This document shows, in pieces, positions 20,256-29,502 of a stretch of 43,404 nt of DNA. This stretch comes from a virus (Duplodnaviria > Caudoviricetes), in the IMG/VR virus record IMGVR_UViG_3300030376_000853, positions 1-43,404 of that record. One strand, given 5' to 3'. Every line of letters begins with the position of its first letter. Position 1 is the stretch's first letter. The notes under the pieces are model-generated. The model was not told the DNA's origin. It saw only the letters and a list, made by a program, of their open reading frames with translations, and ran no database searches. The position numbers and the translations under genes were made by a program.

Positions 20256-20526
20256 AATCCTTTTTATTTAATGGTACGTTATTAAATATATTAGGACTTA
20301 AATACCTATCTCCTACAACTCTACCTCCAGAATCCATACTTCTAGTCTCGTAAGGTCTCTTACATTTAAGACATTTAAAAACTTCTGAAGTACTAACTTC
20401 TTTAATCTTCCTACCTTTTAACTTTCTGTATATCTCTGTACTACCACTTGCAACATCTACACACTTCCAATCTATCCAATCTTTTCCTAGATAATAAACT
20501 AAATCAGCGACTTTAGCTTTTGAAAT
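20239..20526 (-). CDS. Zn-ribbon hypothetical protein (start uncertain: ATT 20526 or ATG 20670)
   Basis: CLKC and CDSC pairs; the track start overlaps the resolvase by 172 nt. Confidence 0.5.
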   Translation of the reverse strand: MSKAKVADLVYYLGKDWIDWKCVDVASGSTEIYRKLKGRKIKEVSTSEVFKCLKCKRPYETRSMDSGGRVVGDRYLSPNIFNNVPLNKKDCDSCG

Positions 20527-20858
20527 ATCTTCGTACTCCCCGTAACTTCTTTTACTAGAGATATTAATGTTAGAAATATTGTCATCTCTATTATAACGTA
20601 CGACTTGCCTCTTGACTCTTTTACTAATTGAAGGTGTAATCCCTCTATTTCCTCCGAAGGTTTCAACCATTCTGCTATCCTTTTTCTTACTTTACATTGT
20701 ACTGTAAATTCTTCTATTACCATATCTACTTCAGCGTGTAATCCTAAAGACCTACCATCAGAACCCCACGCTCTCTTTGAATCTAATCCAAACTCAAGAG
20801 CTTTATTAACACACTCTCTCTCGTAACGATTACCTTTTGCTTTGCTTTTTGATGGCAC
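20499..20858 (-). CDS. Holliday junction resolvase, Hjc-like PD-(D/E)XK
   Basis: SKAKGNRYERE, VD, VQCK motifs. Confidence 0.8.
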   Translation of the reverse strand: MPSKSKAKGNRYERECVNKALEFGLDSKRAWGSDGRSLGLHAEVDMVIEEFTVQCKVRKRIAEWLKPSEEIEGLHLQLVKESRGKSYVIIEMTIFLTLISLVKEVTGSTKIFQKLKSLI

Positions 20859-20860
20859 GT

Positions 20861-21121
20861 CTACTCCTTCTTTTCTTTCTCTTCTTTGGGAATGGACTCT
20901 CTAGAAACTTTATTAGTCCCTTGCTTGCCTTCTGTAAGAATGTCATCTATTCTCTCCTTCATAAACTTAGTATATTTTTCCGTATCTCCTTTCATCTCTA
21001 GGTAGTTATATAGAAAGTCACTAAGTATTGTTAACGATGATTTATTAGATAAAGCTATCTTAGTTAAAACATCTAGTTGTTTTATTACTTCTCTATTAGT
21101 TATTTTATTTTTTCTTTTCAT
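20861..21121 (-). CDS. Hypothetical protein
   Basis: Likely start MKRKNK with AAGGA RBS. Confidence 0.65.
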   Translation of the reverse strand: MKRKNKITNREVIKQLDVLTKIALSNKSSLTILSDFLYNYLEMKGDTEKYTKFMKERIDDILTEGKQGTNKVSRESIPKEEKEKKE

Positions 21122-21140
21122 ATATTCCTTTATAGAAACA

Positions 21141-21271
21141 GGGGAGCAGAGTGCCAACCCTTTCTTTTAAATACAACACTATACTCACATAATAACACGA
21201 GAAACACTCCCTGCTTACTTATTTTATTCTGCTTACAGGATAAGAGGTTATTGTTTTTAATCGAGCTCCCC
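21141..21271 (-). ncRNA. Candidate structured intergenic RNA
   Basis: Closed by GGGGAGC/GCTCCCC; inner GAGTGTT/GGCACTC helix needs G-U pairs available only on the - strand. Confidence 0.3.
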
Positions 21272-21287
21272 ATACGTTTCTAATTAT

Positions 21288-21416
21288 TTAGAGATTTCTT
21301 TCTATTCTATTTAACCTTACAGTAATGAATGCCCATAGAGCAACTCCATATAAAGTCTGTATAATCGTATCAAACTCTTGAGTTTGTAGTATTTCTATCA
21401 TAGTATATTCTATCAT
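21288..21416 (-). CDS. Small membrane peptide, 42 aa (not in the ORF track)
   Basis: GGAGAGG RBS; MIEYTMIEILQTQEFDTIIQTLYGVALWAFITVRLNRIERNL. Confidence 0.6.
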   Translation of the reverse strand: MIEYTMIEILQTQEFDTIIQTLYGVALWAFITVRLNRIERNL

Positions 21417-21429
21417 ATCCTCTCCTTAT

Positions 21430-21463
21430 TTAAAATTAAGAGGGTGTTTAATGGTACACCCTC
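21430..21463 (-). terminator. Rho-independent terminator-like hairpin
   Basis: GAGGGTGT-N8-ACACCCTC stem followed by TTAATTTT on the - strand. Confidence 0.55.
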
Positions 21464-21476
21464 AAAACCATTAGGC

Positions 21477-21683
21477 TTACTTAGTTGTTAGACTATATAC
21501 AGCAAACCCTTTCTTGTTCATTCTAGTGGTTATATCCATACTAAACGTAGTTCGTAGTATGTGTATGATAGAAGCTAATCTATATACACCGAATCTACTG
21601 ATAGCTGATTTCGCTGTTAAGTTCTTTCCTGTATTTAGAAAGTTCATTACTTTAACCACTTGGCTTTTTCTTTTTCTAGGCAT
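21477..21683 (-). CDS. Small winged-helix DNA-binding protein (HTH_39-like)
   Basis: SQ...V...L..GK.LT...A...FG.YRLASII..LR pattern. Confidence 0.75.
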   Translation of the reverse strand: MPRKRKSQVVKVMNFLNTGKNLTAKSAISRFGVYRLASIIHILRTTFSMDITTRMNKKGFAVYSLTTK

Positions 21684-21871
21684 TTTGCCTCCTCTTTGTA
21701 TTTATCTCTTAGCTTTTTAATTAATAGATAGTCTTCATTACTATTAAGTTCGTATACACTTCTATATTTTAAAACATCTCTTGCAGTTGAAGTCATATAT
21801 TCCAAACCTTCTAGCCATCCAAACTTGCTAGTAAATTTATCCTCTATCTCATTCCATTTTACTACTGTCAT
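21647..21871 (-). CDS. Hypothetical protein
   Basis: Likely start MTVVKW with GGAG RBS. Confidence 0.6.
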   Translation of the reverse strand: MTVVKWNEIEDKFTSKFGWLEGLEYMTSTARDVLKYRSVYELNSNEDYLLIKKLRDKYKEEAKCLEKEKAKWLK

Positions 21872-22097
21872 TAGGTACTCCACCATATTCATCATAGACC
21901 CTACTAGGATATAGCTCTTCCTCATCTGCTGTCATACCATCTGCTATATTTATCTCAGCTATCCTATTGTATTCTTTCTTTAGCTTATCCTTCAAAGCCT
22001 CAGCCTCTTTTATATATAAGTCTGATTCTTTGTGGTAGTGAATTAATACGTTTAGAGACCTAATGATTACTTCGTATTCGTTATTAGTTACTTTCAT
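21849..22097 (-). CDS. Hypothetical protein
   Basis: 82 aa; abuts the SSB-like gene. Confidence 0.65.
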   Translation of the reverse strand: MKVTNNEYEVIIRSLNVLIHYHKESDLYIKEAEALKDKLKKEYNRIAEINIADGMTADEEELYPSRVYDEYGGVPNDSSKME

Positions 22098-22670
22098 TTA
22101 GAATGGTAGGTCGTCTACATCTACTTTACCATTCTTCCAAGAGAAAACATTAAACGCTTTAGGACTTACCATATCTTCTCCATCTCTATTTGTCCAGCTC
22201 TCGTGCTTTACTCTTATGATTGCAGGTTTACCCTCTGAGTTTGTAGGAGTTAATGTAGGTAGTGCAAACACTTTCTTACCATCTACTTCTTTCTCTTCAG
22301 GAGATATACCTAATGATTCTAAAACCTCTTTAAACTCTCTATTACCTCCAGAGTTAGGCTCTAGGTTAGGACTATCAGGATTCTTAAACCTAAAGAAACC
22401 TTTAGACCTTACTGTTTTACCTACGAATAAGTTCCCACTATGTTCTCCGAATTGTTTATCAGAGTTCTCAGTAGCTAACTTAAATGTTAGATTATAAATG
22501 TCAGCCATATACTTACCTCGTATAACGACATCCTCTTTCATAGTAAATTCCTTTACGTGAGCATAGTACTCACCTTCTGGAATCATTACGTTAGGCTTAT
22601 CTAGTGAAGGGTCATAGTATGATTCACCACCCATAACACCACCTAATACTGCGTCTATTGAATTACTCAT
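22098..22670 (-). CDS. Single-stranded DNA-binding protein-like (DUF669-like OB fold)
   Basis: IPEGEY N-terminal motif; acidic C-terminus DDLPF; follows the annealing protein. Confidence 0.7.
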   Translation of the reverse strand: MSNSIDAVLGGVMGGESYYDPSLDKPNVMIPEGEYYAHVKEFTMKEDVVIRGKYMADIYNLTFKLATENSDKQFGEHSGNLFVGKTVRSKGFFRFKNPDSPNLEPNSGGNREFKEVLESLGISPEEKEVDGKKVFALPTLTPTNSEGKPAIIRVKHESWTNRDGEDMVSPKAFNVFSWKNGKVDVDDLPF

Positions 22671-23286
22671 TTATTGTTTCCTCTTTTAGTTGATTTATTC
22701 TACTTATTACTTTACTCATATCTCGCTTCTCTACGTCACCATTTTCTATTGAGCTAGATATTTTTGCTTTCCACTCTTCGTCTAAACCTTTCATCTCTGC
22801 TATCAAATACTCTTTATCTTCCTCACTTAACGAAGGGTCTTCTACTCTATTACGATACACATCATCTGCTATGTTTAAGTACATATTAAAAGCCTTCTTA
22901 ATACAATCTGTATTAGCTGATTTAATATCATTACCAACATCAACGAACCCACTACCATCTCTCTTCTGCATTATTCTATGAGCCGCTGTCATATCACCTT
23001 CTCTCCATATACCACCCTCAAACCATTTCAATCTACCGTGTACCATAAAGGCTTCACTACCTAAGTTGTCTGTATTAACTATAGTCCAAGACCAACCCGG
23101 ATAGTACTTATCTGCAACTGAACGCATATAAGAATACTCTACATAGTCTGTGCCCATCTTATTCTTTACAAAAGACTTTGGTGTATCTACATTAGATACA
23201 GTATTATGTAAGTCTCGTATAACATCAAATCCTAGGTCAGTAACTATTTCTGTAGGATTCTCTACTACTTGTACTTCATTACTCAT
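22663..23286 (-). CDS. Rad52/Sak-like single-strand annealing protein
   Basis: DYVE...WSW and KSANTDCIKKA...IADDVY signature. Confidence 0.8.
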   Translation of the reverse strand: MSNEVQVVENPTEIVTDLGFDVIRDLHNTVSNVDTPKSFVKNKMGTDYVEYSYMRSVADKYYPGWSWTIVNTDNLGSEAFMVHGRLKWFEGGIWREGDMTAAHRIMQKRDGSGFVDVGNDIKSANTDCIKKAFNMYLNIADDVYRNRVEDPSLSEEDKEYLIAEMKGLDEEWKAKISSSIENGDVEKRDMSKVISRINQLKEETINE

Positions 23287-23473
23287 TCACACTCCTTTCT
23301 TTTATTTTTATTATCTGTGCTGATAGATATACACAAGCATCAAGTAACTCTTCCAACGTCTCTTTCATCCAATCTCTACCATCGTGTACATCTAGTTCTT
23401 CATTGTATTCTCTCTTACCTTTCTCTAACCTTTCTTCTATGAGAGAAATTATATGTTTATTATCTTTAGACAT
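23279..23473 (-). CDS. Small all-alpha NTP-pyrophosphatase (MazG)-like protein
   Basis: G.REY...DW..E..EELLDA.VYL. Confidence 0.5.
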   Translation of the reverse strand: MSKDNKHIISLIEERLEKGKREYNEELDVHDGRDWMKETLEELLDACVYLSAQIIKIKERSVNE

Positions 23474-23683
23474 TTAAGCCTCTGCTTTACTAGAGGATAG
23501 CATACCACTTATTATAGAGTCATCATCTGTTAACTCCTTAGCTTTCTCTAGAGATTTCTTAAACTCTGGTAGCTCTTCTTCTTGATTAGCAACTACCACC
23601 ATCAAATGCATCAGAGCCATCTCCATCTCCATAACTCTATTCTCTATGTCGTCTATCCTATTTATTATCTTTGTCTTTTCCAA
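23474..23683 (-). CDS. Hypothetical coiled-coil protein
   Basis: TTG start; 69 aa in operon. Confidence 0.55.
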   Translation of the reverse strand: MEKTKIINRIDDIENRVMEMEMALMHLMVVVANQEEELPEFKKSLEKAKELTDDDSIISGMLSSSKAEA

Positions 23684-23900
23684 AACTCCAAACCTCTACT
23701 ATATCTGTTTTCCAATTACCTTCTCTATTTAAATTGTTAGAGAATAACTCTGCATCTCTTCTCTCTTTAAATAATCTCTTTGGGTATTTGTTGTTTACTT
23801 TATTAGAGAAAGCACCACCTCTTATCATCCACCAATCAGAGCCATCTCTATTTTCTTTTATTGCCCACGCTCTAGTTTTATCTATACTATCCTTAGTCAT
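23658..23900 (-). CDS. Hypothetical protein
   Basis: GGAGG RBS; 80 aa. Confidence 0.65.
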   Translation of the reverse strand: MTKDSIDKTRAWAIKENRDGSDWWMIRGGAFSNKVNNKYPKRLFKERRDAELFSNNLNREGNWKTDIVEVWSFGKDKDNK

Positions 23901-23909
23901 AACACCTCC

Positions 23910-24782
23910 TTAATTTACGTATGGACAAACATCTCTTACAGAACAGTAAGACTTACACTTAACACCATTCCAAGTCTCGCTATCTGTACACTTATTAGGG
24001 AGTTCCTTACTCTCCAATGCTTTGAGTAGTTCATCTTTCTTATTATTAAACTTGTACTCTAAGTGTTCATTATCTATAAAAGGAACTTCTATCATATATA
24101 TATTTCTATCAATACCTCTGCTAGTTGCTACTTGTAATCCACCATCCCTAACTGTAGCTTGTATATACATACTGTTTACTTCCAGACCTTTTTGCTTTTC
24201 TAGTAAGTATCTGTAGAAGTTTAACTGCCATCCCCAATCTTCTAGGTCTGCTTTATCTTTATCTATATAGAACTCTTTTACTCTTCTAGGTGTACCTTTC
24301 TTTCCGTGTCTACCACTAGTCTTATATACTTCAGTAGGGTGAAAGGAATGTCTTACCTGTATACCTAAAGCCTTAGCTATCTTATATGAACCAGACATTT
24401 TATAATCTACTAACATCTTTCTCTCTACGTCATACAAGTCTGCAGTTCCTGTTATACCATTGTATTCTAGGTCTACCTCTGTCATCTGACTAGAGTTATC
24501 TAGTGCTGATTTCTCTAGTAAGTCGTGATGTCTTGTACCTGCTATAGAAAATGCTTGTGAGTCTGGAGACTCAAAGTAATCTGCAGTTCTCTGTAGGTAG
24601 GATTGACAAGTACCACTTAATAACTCTGTAGTAGAAGGCATCCTATCAGAAGGTCTCTGTTTAGACATCTCTAGTAATGTAGGTAGAGTAACACCCATTC
24701 TACCTAAGTCTACTTTATTATTAGCTACATCTTCTAGTGATATTGTATCTCTATCAGGGTATCTAAATCCAATTAATGGCAT
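23910..24782 (-). CDS. Cas4/RecB-like PD-(D/E)XK exonuclease with probable Fe-S cysteines
   Basis: N-terminal Cys, GT.HH, ITGTAD, VDYK, QLNFY and C-terminal C..YC.....C. Confidence 0.85.
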   Translation of the reverse strand: MPLIGFRYPDRDTISLEDVANNKVDLGRMGVTLPTLLEMSKQRPSDRMPSTTELLSGTCQSYLQRTADYFESPDSQAFSIAGTRHHDLLEKSALDNSSQMTEVDLEYNGITGTADLYDVERKMLVDYKMSGSYKIAKALGIQVRHSFHPTEVYKTSGRHGKKGTPRRVKEFYIDKDKADLEDWGWQLNFYRYLLEKQKGLEVNSMYIQATVRDGGLQVATSRGIDRNIYMIEVPFIDNEHLEYKFNNKKDELLKALESKELPNKCTDSETWNGVKCKSYCSVRDVCPYVN

Positions 24783-24946
24783 CTCTTCTTCCTCTTCTTA
24801 GCTTCTTTATGCTTAGAAGTTACACAACATTTATTACTTGTGCAAGCACTTTTTGGTTTTGTAGAGAGAAATCTTTTAATCTCTCTAAACATAGTACGTT
24901 CATCTAAGTAATCGTAGTCTAATAGTAATGATTTTACTTTGCCCAT
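24773..24946 (-). CDS. Possible 57-aa basic protein (not in the ORF track)
   Basis: MGKVKSLLLDYDYLDER...; fills the gap, but overlaps a promoter. Confidence 0.35.
   Translation of the reverse strand: MGKVKSLLLDYDYLDERTMFREIKRFLSTKPKSACTSNKCCVTSKHKEAKKRKKRCH
24817..24845 (-). promoter_or_regulatory. Sigma70-type promoter for the recombination/replication operon
   Basis: TTGCAC-N17-TAACTT. Confidence 0.6.
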
Positions 24947-25203
24947 CTCTCTGTTGCCTCCTCTCTTTCCCCTCTAAACTCTGGAAAGTTTGACATTTCA
25001 GCTTGTGAATCTATATACACCAGCTCTTCTTCTAATGTTTCTACGTCTGATGCTATAGAAGATACTGCAATACCATATTCTTCTAGCTTATCTGATATAG
25101 TATACTCTATAAAACTTTCTAGAGTTACGCCTTCCTGTAGAATCCTATGGTCTCTCTCTGTGTTGTTATCTACTTTTAACTGTAGGTTTATTACTTTGGT
25201 CAT
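24934..25203 (-). CDS. Acidic hypothetical protein
   Basis: AAGGAG RBS; 89 aa. Confidence 0.65.
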   Translation of the reverse strand: MTKVINLQLKVDNNTERDHRILQEGVTLESFIEYTISDKLEEYGIAVSSIASDVETLEEELVYIDSQAEMSNFPEFRGEREEATERWAK

Positions 25204-25224
25204 TATACTTCTCCTTTGTTTGTA

Positions 25225-26340
25225 TTATAAAAACTTATACTGTCTCTTAAGAAAGTAAGAGTGAAGTTTATCACCTATAACTTTCTTAAATTCTTTACCT
25301 TTGTCTTCTCCTAAAAATCTATCTATATGTTTTTTACTCTTCTCTAACTCTATACCTTTTTCTATAATTGCATTTAGTATACGAACCCAGTTGCGTATCT
25401 TCGTAGGGTTAAGAGTTCCAGAGTGTAGTCTGAACTCTAAGCTACCGTGAAAATACCTAGAGTGTATATTAAGACCACAGTACCTAGCATCATTGTACTT
25501 GTCTACACTAGGTACAGAACCCATATACTCATAGTACTCTTCTACCAACATCTCTTCACTATTTATACTTAGCAGAGTATCTATACTCATTGGGAACTCT
25601 TTACACCACCTAGAGTCTTGCCTAGATGGAGGCATCATAGACTTTAGGTATGGCTCAAACTCTTTGTATACTATAGCTATATGAGCAACTTGTCTATAGT
25701 TTAAGTTAGTAGAGTCAAAGTGTACGTGTAGTCCACAACTAGAGTTTACTATTGCCTCGTGTTCTATTGCCCACTCTGAAAGGTCTCGTATCTGTTGATA
25801 TAGTATATCCCCACTTGAGGGAGAACTAACCATCTCTATACCTTCATAGTCGTCTATAGCATTTATAGAACCATCATAGGTATGAGCCCAGTTCTTAGGG
25901 TAGTACATACTATCTTGGATAGGGTACATACATTCAGCCTCTATACCTACTAACCTATTAACATTTAAATAGTCAAATGTTTCTGCTACTCTAGACCTAA
26001 TAGGAGGCTCTGCATTCTCTATTCTATCTATACACATAGATAGACGACAGGGTTCGCAACTATCACAGTATGGTTCTTCATTATGGTAGTATGTTTCATC
26101 TCTATGTATCTCAATCTCACAATCATAACAATAAGTATAATGTTCGCTGTAGCAATCATCACAGTAGTACATTCCACTTTCAGTAGTAGATACTTCTTCT
26201 AGTTGTATCTCATCTCCACAGCTCTCACAACTACAGTACTCTTCATAGTAACAATCATAACATAGATTATGATTTACAATAGAAGTTGTACTCTCTTCAC
26301 AGTTACTACAGACTAGTTCTTGCTCTCTATTTGTTTCCAT
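25225..26340 (-). CDS. Amidoligase (COOH-NH2 ligase, Amidoligase_2-like) with an N-terminal array of six CxxC
   Basis: VGIEAE, DGSI, EMVS, VNSSCGLHVH, RYCGLN, LEFR. Confidence 0.88.
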   Translation of the reverse strand: METNREQELVCSNCEESTTSIVNHNLCYDCYYEEYCSCESCGDEIQLEEVSTTESGMYYCDDCYSEHYTYCYDCEIEIHRDETYYHNEEPYCDSCEPCRLSMCIDRIENAEPPIRSRVAETFDYLNVNRLVGIEAECMYPIQDSMYYPKNWAHTYDGSINAIDDYEGIEMVSSPSSGDILYQQIRDLSEWAIEHEAIVNSSCGLHVHFDSTNLNYRQVAHIAIVYKEFEPYLKSMMPPSRQDSRWCKEFPMSIDTLLSINSEEMLVEEYYEYMGSVPSVDKYNDARYCGLNIHSRYFHGSLEFRLHSGTLNPTKIRNWVRILNAIIEKGIELEKSKKHIDRFLGEDKGKEFKKVIGDKLHSYFLKRQYKFL

Positions 26341-26341
26341 A

Positions 26342-26656
26342 CTACACTCCTATGTTAGTAGTAATAATCCCTAGTACGAAAGTGTTAATAACTTTAATCC
26401 AATCCATTTTCTTTAGAGCATCGAATATACGAGTCTCTATCTCTTCATCACTCTCTTCTATTTCTATATTACCTAGAGTAGAAATCTGCTCTTGCAAAAA
26501 TTCTAGATACTCTTCATAAGAGTGTTTATTTAGAAAAGGATTCTTTTTAGCTCTATCATATAAAGTCTCTATAATATATTTCTTAGACTTTAACTTGATA
26601 GGGTTGGGTAATCCTATAAGTATTACCTTCTTCTTAGAAGAGTACTTTGTCATCAT
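26342..26656 (-). CDS. Hypothetical protein inside the amidoligase operon
   Basis: AAGGAG RBS; 104 aa. Confidence 0.6.
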   Translation of the reverse strand: MMTKYSSKKKVILIGLPNPIKLKSKKYIIETLYDRAKKNPFLNKHSYEEYLEFLQEQISTLGNIEIEESDEEIETRIFDALKKMDWIKVINTFVLGIITTNIGV

Positions 26657-27638
26657 TGTTCTCCTTATCTGTTTTAGTATAGGTCGGGAATTCTATTGAA
26701 TACTCACAGTCTATACATATGTTCTCGTTAGCTATAGTTATAATCTCTTCATTGTCTACCCACTCATAACAGTAGTTACACATCAGTTCTTGACGACTTG
26801 GCATTAGAGACTTACTTGCTGGACTTGGGTTCATATCACAGGTAACGTAATTTGTAGAGCGACCACTCCATCCATAGCCACCATAGTAGTTAGTTATCTT
26901 GTTCCATTGACTTATAGTATGGAAAGATTCTTTCTCTACATTAGGTTTACTAGAGAAATTATCTGTGTCATACGTATGTATATAGTCTTCTACTACTTTA
27001 CTAGTAGGTAGCTTTAGACCTGCTTTAGTCATAGATACATCTAATATCTCTTTAGTAGATGCCCATAGAAGTATCCTAGCTTTCTTCCAATAGGCTATGT
27101 ACATAGGTCTACCAGACTCTCTAGCTAAGTGTATCTTCCTGTTACTGTCTTTTATCCAAGTTATAGCGAAGTCTCCGTCTATATCTTCGAATGCGTTCTT
27201 CATTTTGTTTCTATTAAGAGATGCGAAGATAACTTGAGAGTCTACCTCTACACTCTTTCCTAGAGACTTTGCAACCTTATTGTAGTTATGTATTATACCA
27301 TTGTGAGCACCTACTACATCACCTACAGTAAAAGGATGAGCGTTACGAGTCTTTACCACTCCGTGAGTAGCTAGTCTTACGTGACCTATAGCTATAGTAG
27401 TATCTACGTTGATACTATCTAGAAGTTCATCCCAATCTCCAGTAGTTACTAGAGTAGATGAATCAAGTAGAGTCTTGTATGTCTGTCTACTATTTGGTTG
27501 TATGATAGACATTCCTGTACTATCTGTACCTCTAATAGAGGACTCGTCTGCTAGTTCCGTTAGTACATCTTTCAACATCTCTAGTTGATTTTCTGTTTGA
27601 TGTCCGCTAGTCTTAGCGAACCCGAATATACCACACAT
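26634..27638 (-). CDS. Class II (Ntn) glutamine amidotransferase with a C-terminal Zn finger
   Basis: MCGIFG with catalytic Cys2, RG.DSTG, GHVRLAT, NAHPF, HNG, VDSQ; C-terminal CNYC...CIDC. Confidence 0.93.
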   Translation of the reverse strand: MCGIFGFAKTSGHQTENQLEMLKDVLTELADESSIRGTDSTGMSIIQPNSRQTYKTLLDSSTLVTTGDWDELLDSINVDTTIAIGHVRLATHGVVKTRNAHPFTVGDVVGAHNGIIHNYNKVAKSLGKSVEVDSQVIFASLNRNKMKNAFEDIDGDFAITWIKDSNRKIHLARESGRPMYIAYWKKARILLWASTKEILDVSMTKAGLKLPTSKVVEDYIHTYDTDNFSSKPNVEKESFHTISQWNKITNYYGGYGWSGRSTNYVTCDMNPSPASKSLMPSRQELMCNYCYEWVDNEEIITIANENICIDCEYSIEFPTYTKTDKENNDDKVLF

Positions 27639-27651
27639 ATATGTAGTCTCC

Positions 27652-29502
27652 TTATTTGTTTCTGTTTATTCTCTTCTCTATGTATGCTGTACTCTCTCTA
27701 CCACCAATACTATCTATAATATCCATAGCATTACTAGTCCTAGAAAGTACCTGTTGATACAATTTTTTATTTCTATGTAAATCTTTAGAGGTATCCATTA
27801 GTCTATTAAGGAACTTTATCCACTCTCTAATAGGTGGAGAGTAAATTTGTCCCTCGTGATACCTAAACTCTATAGTACCTAAGAAGAATCTAGCGTGTAG
27901 ATTTGTACCTATATATCTACCCTCGTTGTATCTTCCTACATTATATTTACTCAGTGTCATATTGTAGTACTTACTTACTAGAGTAGGTAAGTCTTCTATC
28001 TCTTCAATCATTGTAGGAGACATTGTTATTCTCCTAGCATAATTATTCTCTCTTCTGTCGCTAGGTAAGGATTCGTAGATAGTATCTTGTATAGAACTAG
28101 ACAACATTAGTAGGTTTTTAATCTCTCTAAATCCAAAGTCTATAGCATTCATATGTATATGTATACCACAACTTTTATCTACGTAATTGTCGTGTCTCCT
28201 GTGTGCTTTCTCTAAGTCTGATAAGGCAACAGATACTTCAGAGCCAACTAATGGTCTAGCTGTTCTGTACTCTACCCCACCTTCTGATAGAGAGCCATCA
28301 CCTACTACTTCAAATTGACTAGGTATACGTTCGCAATCTACATATTCTTCTTCGTCTGAGTACTGAGTAATAACCTCACTCTCTATACCAATATGTCTAG
28401 TATAAACCTTGTCCATATGTATTACATTAGGTAGAGACATACTTTTGTACGGACTATATAGTCTATGGTTTAAGTGTAGATTAGCACAATTACTACAGTA
28501 TCTATCTCCGTCTAAATCAAAATAGTCTCCAACAAACTTTTTTAGTGCACTAATCCTAGAAGAAAGTTTATCTATTGAATGTATATGGTCTAAGTCTACC
28601 TTGTCTATCTTTTTACACTTACTACATTCTTTATAGAGAAGAAGAGAGCAACTAGTATGTAAGAACTCTATACCCATATCTTTACAGATACCCTTAAATT
28701 TCTCTCTAAGTCTTTGTCTATGTGGAATATTAATAAAGGTATCAGTATCTAGGCAAACCCCACAGGGAACTTCTACTTCTCTAGTACAAGGCTCACATAT
28801 AAAGTTAATCCCAGCTACTCTACTCATACCTCTATGGTCTAATTTTCTACAGTAATGACATCTAGTATAAGGTATACTAACTTTTCTTACAGAGTTGTAG
28901 GACATAGATAGAACTTTCTGTACTCTTATATCTAGGTAGAATCTATTAGGATAAGATACTCTACTATCAAATCTATCTACAAACTTATTCTCTTTCCAAA
29001 GTTTATGTACATTAATCCAAGAGGTATAGTTAGAACTATACCTAGATTGTTCTCTACTATCTATGTACTCTTCTGTTATGTAGTACGAAGCATTATCTCT
29101 ATGTATTAAATCCGTCTCTACATTCCAAGGATGTGTTATCATTGTAGAATGATTACCATAGCCTATAATAGTAGGCAGCTCATCTCTGTAATGTTTACTA
29201 CAGAATAGTATATCTCTAACTCTAGCTACTACAGTTACATCATTATAGATACCTTCAAGTACTACATTAGGCTTTCTCTCTACGTCATTAGTAGTCTCTT
29301 CACTTACATCTACATCTAATACATCTACTAGTCTGAACAGCCTAGATTTTATAGTAGGTAGAAAATTAAAGTGGCGAACACTATCTATCATTGTTTCATC
29401 TATTAGAATATCATCTACAGAATCACTAGTAAATCTATAACCTTTCTCTACTACTCTAGTATGACTATAGTTAGTTAAGTAGACTTCATTTGAATAGAAC
29501 AT
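27652..29502 (-). CDS. Second amidoligase (Amidoligase_2-like) with a long N-terminal region and CxxC array
   Basis: IGIESE, DGSL, VEY, VDKSCGIHIH, RY..NL, IEFR; CHYC, CEPC, CGVC, HTSC, CSKC, CSNC. Confidence 0.85.
   Translation of the reverse strand: MFYSNEVYLTNYSHTRVVEKGYRFTSDSVDDILIDETMIDSVRHFNFLPTIKSRLFRLVDVLDVDVSEETTNDVERKPNVVLEGIYNDVTVVARVRDILFCSKHYRDELPTIIGYGNHSTMITHPWNVETDLIHRDNASYYITEEYIDSREQSRYSSNYTSWINVHKLWKENKFVDRFDSRVSYPNRFYLDIRVQKVLSMSYNSVRKVSIPYTRCHYCRKLDHRGMSRVAGINFICEPCTREVEVPCGVCLDTDTFINIPHRQRLREKFKGICKDMGIEFLHTSCSLLLYKECSKCKKIDKVDLDHIHSIDKLSSRISALKKFVGDYFDLDGDRYCSNCANLHLNHRLYSPYKSMSLPNVIHMDKVYTRHIGIESEVITQYSDEEEYVDCERIPSQFEVVGDGSLSEGGVEYRTARPLVGSEVSVALSDLEKAHRRHDNYVDKSCGIHIHMNAIDFGFREIKNLLMLSSSIQDTIYESLPSDRRENNYARRITMSPTMIEEIEDLPTLVSKYYNMTLSKYNVGRYNEGRYIGTNLHARFFLGTIEFRYHEGQIYSPPIREWIKFLNRLMDTSKDLHRNKKLYQQVLSRTSNAMDIIDSIGGRESTAYIEKRINRNK

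Noticed and set aside
21141-21271. tRNA or tmRNA
   Set aside because: Acceptor-like closing stem but no T-loop TTCRA geometry, no CCA, and the wrong length
23910-24782. Cas4 as part of a CRISPR-Cas locus
   Set aside because: No other cas genes or array; the context is a recombination operon
25225-29502. Amidoligases as a DNA base hypermodification pathway
   Set aside because: No phage polymerase or nucleotide-modifying partner genes, and strong restriction-site avoidance suggests unmodified DNA; disfavoured rather than excluded
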